Below, in pieces: positions 28,816-36,770 of a stretch of DNA of 64,000 nt. The stretch lies in contig JBBIHY010000001.1 of assembly GCA_037446695.1 (NCBI GenBank), forward strand, positions 134,376 to 198,375, read 5' to 3'. How positions within the stretch are numbered: position 1 is the stretch's first letter; each line of letters begins with the position of its first letter. Both the position numbers and the translations under genes were made by a program. The stretch is from Bacteroidota bacterium. GTDB taxonomy: Bacteria; Bacteroidota; Bacteroidia; Bacteroidales; PUMT01. The notes beneath the pieces were generated by a model. That model did not search any database, was not told where the DNA came from, and worked only from the letters and a program-made list of their open reading frames with translations.

Positions 28816-30351
28816 TTATTGATGTTTCCCAGCGATTTTTTGAATAGCCTGCCTGATCCTGTATATAGTTTTTTCTTTTCCAATTAGTTCAGCAATATGA
28901 AAAAGGCCGGGACCTTTGCTCTCTCCAACCAGGCAAAGCCGCAACAGGTTCATGATTTGACCCATGTTCATTTGCTGTTCCTGAATAAATACTTTTGCTT
29001 TTTCCTCAAGGCTTAAGGCTGTAAAATCCTCAGCTCTTTCAAAAAAGACTGTAAATTTTTCCAGCATATCCGGAGTGTCTGCGTTCCATCGTTTTTTAAT
29101 CACATCCTGGTCGTACTTCTCCGGTTGCGTGAAGAAGAAAGAAGTTTGTTCCCATAATTCACTCACAAAATTCACCCTGTCTTTTACAAGGGAAACAATT
29201 TTTTCAAGTTTTTCAACAGAAGAATTAATGCCCTTTACTTCGAGGATTTGAAGGTAATCTTTCGCGATTTCATTGTCGCTTTTTTGCTGCAGGTAGTAAT
29301 GGTTGAACCATTTTGCTTTTTCAGGGTCAAAGCGTGAACCTGATTTTCCAACCCTTTCAAGAGAGAAAGCATCGATAAGTTCTGGCATGGAAAATACTTC
29401 CTGCTCGGTACCGGGATTCCAACCCAATAAAGCAAGGATGTTCACAAAGGCTTCAGGGTAATATCCTGCCTCCCTGTAACCTGTGGAAATCTCTCCTGAA
29501 AATGGATCCTTCCATTTCAAGGGGAACACAGGAAAGCCCAACTTATCCCCGTCCCGTTTGCTCAATTTTCCCTGTCCGCTTGGTTTAAGAAGCAGGGGAA
29601 GATGCGCAAACTGCGGCATTACATCCATCCATCCGAAGCTCCGGTAAAGAAGAACATGCAGGGGCAGGGACGGCAACCATTCTTCTCCCCTTATTACGTG
29701 CGAGATCTGCATCAGATAATCGTCTACCACATTGGCAAGGTGGTAGGTTGGCATGCCTTCGGATTTGAAAAGAACCTTATCGTCAAGGGTGGATGTATTT
29801 ACAGTAATAATGCCACGAATGATATCATGGAAATTTAGTTCTTCATTTTCAGGCATTTTAAACCGGACTACATGCGGCACGCCTTCATCAATAAGCGATT
29901 TGGTTTCTTCCGGGGTTCTGGTCAGGGAATTGTTTAGTGTATTACGGGAATGTGTGTCATACTGAAAGACCTCCCCCTTCAACTCCTTTTCCTTGCGCAA
30001 CATTTCCAGTTCTTCGGGGGTGTCAAATGCATAGTAGGCATTACCGGAACGAATAAGCTTTTCGGCATATTCCCGGTAAATGTCTTTTCTTTCGGACTGG
30101 CGGTAGGGCTGATGTGGCCCACCTTCAGACACGCCTTCATCTATATCTATACCGCACCATTTGAGAGATTCAATTATATAATCTTCGGCACCGGGTACAT
30201 ACCTTCCCTGGTCGGTATCTTCAATTCGCAGTATAAAAACACCATTGTACCTGCGTGCAAACAGGTAATTAAACAAAGCAGTTCTCACACCTCCCATATG
30301 TAAAGGGCCGGTAGGACTAGGAGCAAAACGTACTCTGACCTGATTAGTCAT
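28816..30351 (-). CDS. gltX: Glutamate--tRNA ligase
   Basis: RVRFAPSPTGPLHMGG, LRIEDTD, KLSKR. Confidence 0.97.
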   Translation of the reverse strand: MTNQVRVRFAPSPTGPLHMGGVRTALFNYLFARRYNGVFILRIEDTDQGRYVPGAEDYIIESLKWCGIDIDEGVSEGGPHQPYRQSERKDIYREYAEKLIRSGNAYYAFDTPEELEMLRKEKELKGEVFQYDTHSRNTLNNSLTRTPEETKSLIDEGVPHVVRFKMPENEELNFHDIIRGIITVNTSTLDDKVLFKSEGMPTYHLANVVDDYLMQISHVIRGEEWLPSLPLHVLLYRSFGWMDVMPQFAHLPLLLKPSGQGKLSKRDGDKLGFPVFPLKWKDPFSGEISTGYREAGYYPEAFVNILALLGWNPGTEQEVFSMPELIDAFSLERVGKSGSRFDPEKAKWFNHYYLQQKSDNEIAKDYLQILEVKGINSSVEKLEKIVSLVKDRVNFVSELWEQTSFFFTQPEKYDQDVIKKRWNADTPDMLEKFTVFFERAEDFTALSLEEKAKVFIQEQQMNMGQIMNLLRLCLVGESKGPGLFHIAELIGKEKTIYRIRQAIQKIAGKHQ

Positions 30352-30363
30352 TTTAAGTTTAAA

Positions 30364-31329
30364 TTAAATGAGACCTTTTTTGTGCTTTTCACCAATCACT
30401 TTTAACATATCCTGCGTCATAGAGTCAAGATCATATTCCGGTTGCCAGCCCCATTCTTCGCGTGCAGCGCTGTCATCAATGGAATCAGGCCACGAATCAG
30501 CAATTTTTTGCCTGAAGTCGGGTTTATAGGTAATTGAAAACTCAGGGATATATTTTCTGATTGCTGCCGCCAGTTCTCCGGCACAAAAACTCATGGAACC
30601 TACATTGAAATCAGCATGGTGTTTTAATTTTGAAAAATCGGCCTGCATGAGGTCTATGGTTGCCTTAAGACAGTCGGGCATGTACATCATCGGTAGCCTT
30701 GTATTTTCGGCTAAAAAACACTCGTATGATTTATGTTTCACTGCCTCGTAGAAGATTTCCACTGCATAATCGGTAGTTCCTCCTCCCGGTAATGTGTCGT
30801 TACTGATAATCCCGGGGTAACGGAGTCCCCTGATATCCATGCCATATTTGGCAACATAATAGTCAGCCAGCAATTCTCCTGTAACCTTGGTGATACCATA
30901 CATGGTAGTAGGCTTGAGGATAGTTTCCTGAGGGGTATTCTCCCTTGGTGTTGTTGGTCCAAATACAGCAATGGAACTTGGAACCATGACCTGGAATAAT
31001 TTCTTTTCCCGTGCAATTTCAAAAATATTCAGCAGGCCTGCAATATTTACATCCCATGCTTTCATGGGATTTTTCTCCCCTACAGCCGAAAGAATTGCAG
31101 CCAGATGAACTATTGTATTAATGCCATATTTGTCTAAAATCTCAGCAGTTTTTTTCGTATCTGTTACATTCAACTGCTCAAAGGGGCCTCCATTTGCCAG
31201 GTTTTCCTTTACATCGGGACAAATATCAGAAGCAACCACATTACTCCCCCCATAGATTTTTCTCAGGGCAATTGTGAGTTCGGAGCCTATTTGTCCGCAG
31301 GAGCCGGTTACCAGGATTTTTTTAATCAT
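30364..31329 (-). CDS. tdh: L-threonine 3-dehydrogenase (SDR/GalE-like type)
   Basis: TGSCGQIG, LSAVGE, PSSIAVFG, YGITK, PGGGTTDY, SWP motifs; divergent from kbl. Confidence 0.9.
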   Translation of the reverse strand: MIKKILVTGSCGQIGSELTIALRKIYGGSNVVASDICPDVKENLANGGPFEQLNVTDTKKTAEILDKYGINTIVHLAAILSAVGEKNPMKAWDVNIAGLLNIFEIAREKKLFQVMVPSSIAVFGPTTPRENTPQETILKPTTMYGITKVTGELLADYYVAKYGMDIRGLRYPGIISNDTLPGGGTTDYAVEIFYEAVKHKSYECFLAENTRLPMMYMPDCLKATIDLMQADFSKLKHHADFNVGSMSFCAGELAAAIRKYIPEFSITYKPDFRQKIADSWPDSIDDSAAREEWGWQPEYDLDSMTQDMLKVIGEKHKKGLI

Positions 31330-31512
31330 AACTGAAAGATTTGAAAGTGAGAATTGAAATTTTATGCCGCAAAATTAATGGTTTCTTTTGTCCGACAATT
31401 TTTTGCATTCAAAACTAAGGGTTTAAAATGAAACAGAACCTGCAAAATCTCAGTTTTCGGGAAATAGGTTCAAGTATGCCATTTATCACCTATTGGATTG
31501 AAGCGAATTGAT

Positions 31513-31520
31513 TAATTTTG
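31513..31520 (+). promoter_or_regulatory. Bacteroidota -7 element (TAATTTTG) for the kbl-acpS run
   Basis: TAnnTTTG 21 nt before kbl ATG 31542; a mirror TAATTTTG on the minus strand near 31370-31377 would serve tdh. Confidence 0.55.
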
Positions 31521-31541
31521 TGCGATAAAAAAGAAAAATAT

Positions 31542-32738
31542 ATGTACGGAAAAATTAAGGAGGATCTTCAGAGTCAGATTGAGAATATAAAAAGCGAGGG
31601 ATTATACAAGACAGAGAGAATCATTACCACACCACAGGGAGTCGAGATCGAGACCAACGGCAGGAAAGTATTGAACTTTTGCGCCAACAATTACCTTGGC
31701 CTTTCTTCTGATCCAAGAGTGATGGCAGCGGCCAATTATACTTTTTTCAAATATGGCTATGGGATGTCATCGGTTCGTTTTATTTGCGGAACTCAAAAGG
31801 TACACAAGGATCTCGAAAATAAACTGAGTGAGTTTCTGGGTATGGATGACACCATACTTTTTTCTTCGGCCTTTGATGCCAACGGGGGTGTTTTTGAACC
31901 TTTACTAAGTGAGCAGGATGCTATTATATCTGATGAATTAAACCACGCTTCTATCATTGACGGAGTGCGGCTATGCAAAGCAAAGCGTTTCCGCTACAAA
32001 AACAATGATATGGAAGACCTTGAAGATGTACTGGAAGATGCGCGCGAAGCCAGGTATAAACTCATTGTGACCGATGGGGTATTTTCCATGGATGGAATCA
32101 TAGCCCGGGTAGATAAGATTTGTGATTTGGCAGAGAAGTACGATGCCCTGGTGATGGTAGATGATTCACATGCAACAGGTTTTGTGGGGAAAACCGGAAG
32201 AGGCACTCATGAATATTGCAATGTTATGGACAGGGTGGATATCATTTCCACTACCTTTGGTAAGGCACTAGGTGGTGCATCAGGTGGTTGTATTTCAGGC
32301 AGAAAGGAAATCATTGAACTTCTCAGGCAAAGGGCCAGGCCCTATTTGTTTTCCAATTCTCTGGCACCTTCGATAGCAGGGGCAACATTGGAGGTTTTAA
32401 ACCTGCTTTCTGAAACAACTGAACTCAGGGATAAGCTGTATAAAAATACCCAACTTTTCAGAAAGGGCATGACCGAGGCGGGCTTCCGAATCATTCCCGG
32501 GGTGCATTCCATTGTTCCCGTGCTCTTTGGACATTTGCCAAATGATGCAAAACTATCACAGGATTTTGCCAATGCATTGCTGGAGGAAGGTATCTATGTG
32601 ATAGGTTTCTATTTTCCTGTTGTGCCACGGGGCAAATCCAGGATAAGAGTGCAGATTAGTGCTGCACACAGCGTGGATCAAATAAATTTTGCCATTGAAA
32701 AATTTACCAAGGTTGGTAAAAAACTGAAAGCAATTTGA
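31542..32738 (+). CDS. kbl: Glycine C-acetyltransferase (2-amino-3-ketobutyrate CoA ligase)
   Basis: [67 protein letters not shown]. Confidence 0.92.
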   Translation: MYGKIKEDLQSQIENIKSEGLYKTERIITTPQGVEIETNGRKVLNFCANNYLGLSSDPRVMAAANYTFFKYGYGMSSVRFICGTQKVHKDLENKLSEFLGMDDTILFSSAFDANGGVFEPLLSEQDAIISDELNHASIIDGVRLCKAKRFRYKNNDMEDLEDVLEDAREARYKLIVTDGVFSMDGIIARVDKICDLAEKYDALVMVDDSHATGFVGKTGRGTHEYCNVMDRVDIISTTFGKALGGASGGCISGRKEIIELLRQRARPYLFSNSLAPSIAGATLEVLNLLSETTELRDKLYKNTQLFRKGMTEAGFRIIPGVHSIVPVLFGHLPNDAKLSQDFANALLEEGIYVIGFYFPVVPRGKSRIRVQISAAHSVDQINFAIEKFTKVGKKLKAI

Positions 32739-33133
32739 TTTTAGGAACGGGTACAGATATTATTGAAGTCGACAGGCTGAGAAAAACCATGGAATCAGAT
32801 TCCGGGTTTAAAAGGACTGTATTTACAGGTTCAGAAATAGAATATTGCCAGTCCAAAGCCGATCCCTACCCGTTTTATGCTGCAAGGTTTTGTGCAAAGG
32901 AAGCATTTCTAAAAGCCCTTGGGAAAGGAGTTTTTGAGGGAATAAAACTCACCGAAATAGAAGTCGATCACGATGCAGCCGGGAGACCAGTAATCAGGCT
33001 GAATCATGCTGCAAAAGATATTGCCAGAGATTTGGAGGTCTCAAAAATTCATGTATCTTTAGCTCATCTGAAAGAAATTGCTACTGCTGTTGTTATCATT
33101 GAGAAGGAGGGAAGGACTCAGCGAAATAGCTGA
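32735..33133 (+). CDS. acpS: Holo-[acyl-carrier-protein] synthase (4'-phosphopantetheinyl transferase)
   Basis: [30 protein letters not shown]; TTG start overlaps kbl stop. Confidence 0.93.
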   Translation: MILGTGTDIIEVDRLRKTMESDSGFKRTVFTGSEIEYCQSKADPYPFYAARFCAKEAFLKALGKGVFEGIKLTEIEVDHDAAGRPVIRLNHAAKDIARDLEVSKIHVSLAHLKEIATAVVIIEKEGRTQRNS

Positions 33134-33214
33134 TTTGAATTAGGGCAGAATAAAGGCAACCTCAGATACCCACAATGGTCTGTATTCATGGGTTTCACTA
33201 TATAAAGTTCTGCT

Positions 33215-34918
33215 ATGTCGCACATTGGTTCTTACGAAGAGAGGGTAAAGAATTTTAACTGGGGTATCGCCGAAAAAGAACTCGATTACCAGCCGGGAAA
33301 TGTAATTAATATTGGATGGTACTGTTCCGACAGGATTTGCCAGATGGGTAAGGCTGATAAAACAGCCCTCATATGGGAAGGCCTGGGAGGTGTGGAAAAG
33401 AGGTACACCTACAATGAAGTTCGCCTGAATTCAAACACTATCGGTCATTTTTTAAGGTCTCTCGGGATACAACCTGAAGACAGGGTTTGCCTGTTCATGG
33501 ACAAAATCCCTGAACTTTACCTTGGATTTTTAGGCGTACTGAAAATTGGCGCTGTTGCACAGCCACTGTTTTCTGCTTTTGGAGATGAATCCCTTTTTAT
33601 CCGCCTGGAGAATGCTCAAACCCGGGCAATCATTACCCAGAAAAAACACGCTCCCAAGGTCAGAAAGATTGTTGACAAAATGCCCTTCCTGGAATTTATT
33701 ATTATTGTGGATCACGATCCTGCAAAACCTCTTGGGCCTGGAGAAATATTATTTGATCTGGAGGCTGCTGAAAAAATAGACAGGTTTGATATACACCCAA
33801 CAACAGCCGAATCCCCTTCGGTTTTGCATTATACTTCCGGTACTACCGGGCAGCCCAAAGGAGTTAAGCATGTGCATTATTCCCTGGTTTCGCAGTATTT
33901 AACCTCAAAATGGGTGCTTGACCTGCAGGAGGAGGACATTTACTGGTGTACAGCCGACCCGGGATGGGTTACCGGCACATCCTACGGCATTATTGGCGCT
34001 TTCAGCAATGGTGTTACGCAATGTGTACTTGATTCAGGTTTTTCGGCTGACGCATGGTACAGGTTTATTGAAAAGCACAGAATCACCATGTGGTATTCCG
34101 CCCCAACGGCCATTCGCTCACTCATGAAGGCAGGTGATGAGGTAGTGAAAAAATACAACCTGTCCAGCCTCAGGCATTTGGCATCTGTTGGAGAACCACT
34201 GAATTCCGAGGCTGTTATCTGGTCAGAAAAAGTATTCGGGAAACCATTTCTGGATACTTACTGGCAAACCGAAACAGGTTCCATAGTCATTACCAACTGC
34301 CCCGGAATGAAAATTAAGCCCGGGTCCATGGGGAAACCCTTCCCCGGAATTACCGCAACGGTAGTGGATCCTAATACTTATGAACCCCTGAAAGAAACGG
34401 GGAAAGTGGGTTTGATAGCCATAAAACCCGGATGGCCGGCAATGATGCGCACCTACTGGGGAAATGATGAAGCCTTTAAGAACAAATTCAGAAACGGATG
34501 GTATCTGCCCGGTGACCGTTCCAGCATCGACGGTGAGGGCTATTTCTGGTTCGTTGGTCGTGACGATGATGTTATCAATACCGGAGGGCATCTTGTAAGT
34601 CCGTTTGAAGTGGAGTCAGCTTTGCTAGAACATCCTGCCGTAGCAGAATCGGCTGTAGTTGCCAAACCTGATTTTGTGAACATGGAAGTGGTAAAGGCCT
34701 TTGTTACACTTAAACCCGGAAACACCGGCAGTAAGGAACTCGATCTTGATATTATGAATTTTGTAAGGAAGAAACTTTCGCCGCTGGCAATGCCTCAGGA
34801 GATAGAGTTTGTGGAATCACTCCCAAAGACAAGAAGCGGTAAAATCATGAGACGCATTCTCAAGGCAAAGGAATGGGGTGAAGAGATAGGAGATACTTCC
34901 ACACTTGAAGATGATTAA
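33215..34918 (+). CDS. Short-chain AMP-forming acyl ligase (AcsA-like acetate--CoA or acetate--carrier ligase)
   Basis: YTSGTTGQPKG, WCTADPGWVTG, SVGEP, DTYWQTETG, PKTRSGKIMRR. Confidence 0.88.
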   Translation: MSHIGSYEERVKNFNWGIAEKELDYQPGNVINIGWYCSDRICQMGKADKTALIWEGLGGVEKRYTYNEVRLNSNTIGHFLRSLGIQPEDRVCLFMDKIPELYLGFLGVLKIGAVAQPLFSAFGDESLFIRLENAQTRAIITQKKHAPKVRKIVDKMPFLEFIIIVDHDPAKPLGPGEILFDLEAAEKIDRFDIHPTTAESPSVLHYTSGTTGQPKGVKHVHYSLVSQYLTSKWVLDLQEEDIYWCTADPGWVTGTSYGIIGAFSNGVTQCVLDSGFSADAWYRFIEKHRITMWYSAPTAIRSLMKAGDEVVKKYNLSSLRHLASVGEPLNSEAVIWSEKVFGKPFLDTYWQTETGSIVITNCPGMKIKPGSMGKPFPGITATVVDPNTYEPLKETGKVGLIAIKPGWPAMMRTYWGNDEAFKNKFRNGWYLPGDRSSIDGEGYFWFVGRDDDVINTGGHLVSPFEVESALLEHPAVAESAVVAKPDFVNMEVVKAFVTLKPGNTGSKELDLDIMNFVRKKLSPLAMPQEIEFVESLPKTRSGKIMRRILKAKEWGEEIGDTSTLEDD

Positions 34919-35002
34919 CACGATTTCCGGTTTGCCGGAGATCAGATAGTAATACCCAAATTCAACAATAAAAAACGAACCAATCAAAAGGAGATTTGAA
35001 CT

Positions 35003-35245
35003 ATGGAAGACATGAAAGAAATTGTAAGAGAATATGTAGTAAAAGAATATGTGGAGGATGATACTGAAATCGGTTATGATACACCTTTGATTTCCGGTGG
35101 AATCGTTGATTCTTTTTCAATGGTATCCCTGAAGCGGTTTTTAGAAAACAAGTACAATATTTCCATCCCCGATGACAAGGCCACGCCCGAAGCATTTGAC
35201 AGTGTGAACAAGATCGTTGACCTTGTCAATGAATTTGTAAAATAG
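35003..35245 (+). CDS. Stand-alone acyl/aminoacyl carrier protein (DltC-like)
   Basis: 80 aa, acidic, GIVDSFSMV phosphopantetheine Ser motif, PEAFDSV; AAGGAG RBS. Confidence 0.9.
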   Translation: MEDMKEIVREYVVKEYVEDDTEIGYDTPLISGGIVDSFSMVSLKRFLENKYNISIPDDKATPEAFDSVNKIVDLVNEFVK

Positions 35246-35253
35246 GAGGCATT

Positions 35254-36501
35254 ATGGCTTATTCAGGAAAAACAAGGGCAATGTATACCGAGATGCTGGA
35301 TGGTATACGCGAAGCCGGACTTTTCAAGCAGGAGCGGTTCATACATTCCTCGCAGGCAGCAGATATTGAGGTGGAATTTCCTGCAGGTTCCCCACTCAAA
35401 AAGGTGATTAACATATGTGCAAACAATTATCTGGGGATGTCCAGTCATCCCGAGGTTATAAAAGCAGCCCATGCAGGATTGGATTCCCATGGTTACGGGA
35501 TGTCATCGGTAAGGTTTATTTGCGGTACACAGGACATTCACAAGAAACTGGAAGAAATGGTCACGGAATTCCTTGGCACTGAGGATACCGTTCTGTTCCC
35601 GTCATGTATGGACGCAAATGCAGGTGTGTTTGAAGCTATTCTTACCAAGGATGACGTAATGATATCCGACAGGCTGGTACATGCCTCCATCATTGACGGT
35701 ATCAGGCTAAGCAGTGCCATGCACGACACTTTCAAGCATTCTGACATGGAGCACCTGGAGTGCAAATTGCAGCTGCATAATGATCGAAGATTGAAGGTTG
35801 TGATTACTGATGGTGTTTTTTCCATGGATGGCGATACTGCTAAACTCGACGAGATGGTGAAACTTTGTGAGAAATACGATGCTTTGTTGGTTGTAGACGA
35901 CTCCCATGCCAGTGGCTTTATTGGTAAAACAGGCAGGGGTACCCATGAAAAATACGGAGTCATGGGTAAAATGGATATCATTACCACCACTTTTGGAAAA
36001 GGACTGGGAGGTGCCTCAGGAGGTTGTGTGTCGGGAAGAAAAGAGCTGGTAGAATTATGCCGGCAGCGTGCAAGGCCATACCTTTTCTCTAACACAATAG
36101 CTCCCCCCATTGTTTCCGGAGTTATCAAAGTACTTGAAATATTGTCGGCTTCTACTGATCGCAGGGATAAACTTGAAAGAAATACCGATTTCTGGAGAGC
36201 AGGATTATGCGATGCCGGTTTTATTGTTAAGGATGGAGATACACCCATTGTGCCGGTAATGCTCTTCAACGCGAAACTTTCACAGGATTTTTCCCGTGAC
36301 CTGTTCCAGGAAGGAATTTATGCTATCGGATTTTTCTTTCCTGTAGTGCCACAAAGCCAGGCCAGGATAAGAACCCAAATTTCTGCCGGGCACGAGATGC
36401 ATCACCTTGAAAAGGCCCTGGAGGCTTTTAAAAAGGTTGGAAAGAAGTATGATATACTCGGGAAAAGCAAACAGGAAATCATCGATATGTACGGAATGTA
36501 A
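35254..36501 (+). CDS. Second Kbl-like alpha-oxoamine synthase (PLP, class II aminotransferase)
   Basis: [38 protein letters not shown]; AGGAGG RBS overlapping the carrier-protein stop. Confidence 0.9.
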   Translation: MAYSGKTRAMYTEMLDGIREAGLFKQERFIHSSQAADIEVEFPAGSPLKKVINICANNYLGMSSHPEVIKAAHAGLDSHGYGMSSVRFICGTQDIHKKLEEMVTEFLGTEDTVLFPSCMDANAGVFEAILTKDDVMISDRLVHASIIDGIRLSSAMHDTFKHSDMEHLECKLQLHNDRRLKVVITDGVFSMDGDTAKLDEMVKLCEKYDALLVVDDSHASGFIGKTGRGTHEKYGVMGKMDIITTTFGKGLGGASGGCVSGRKELVELCRQRARPYLFSNTIAPPIVSGVIKVLEILSASTDRRDKLERNTDFWRAGLCDAGFIVKDGDTPIVPVMLFNAKLSQDFSRDLFQEGIYAIGFFFPVVPQSQARIRTQISAGHEMHHLEKALEAFKKVGKKYDILGKSKQEIIDMYGM

Positions 36502-36528
36502 ATTAATATTCCGAACTGTTAACTTGTT

Positions 36529-36555
36529 AAGCGTAGTGACACAACTACGCTTTTT
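36529..36555 (+). terminator. Intrinsic terminator of the carrier-protein operon
   Basis: AAGCGTAGT-gacaca-ACTACGCTT followed by T run. Confidence 0.7.
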
Positions 36556-36618
36556 CATTTAAAATTAAAGATTTAGTTGCGGGGATGATACGATTTACAA
36601 AGGAAAAAATTGTCAAAC

Positions 36619-36765
36619 GGGGCTGTCTAAAAAGCATGGATTTATGATTCTGAGTCCCGAAAATTCGGGACTGAGATTCTAAATTATTGAAAATGAGATG
36701 CTTCTCCCGTGGTTGCGGGGTCAGCATGACACAACATTCCAAAATAATACGTTTAAGGCAGCCTC
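36619..36765. mobile_element. 147-bp MITE-like element with internal REP-like hairpins
   Basis: Ends GGGGCTGTCTAAAA / TTTAAGGCAGCCTC are imperfect inverted repeats; internal AGTCCCGAAAATTCGGGACT palindrome and TCAGCATGAC motif. Confidence 0.6.
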
Positions 36766-36770
36766 TTTTA

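Noticed and set aside
33215-36501. Sphingolipid (serine palmitoyltransferase) cluster
   Set aside because: The layout is similar, but the synthase lacks the SPT GTFSKS motif and is Kbl-like, and the ligase has short-chain Acs motifs.
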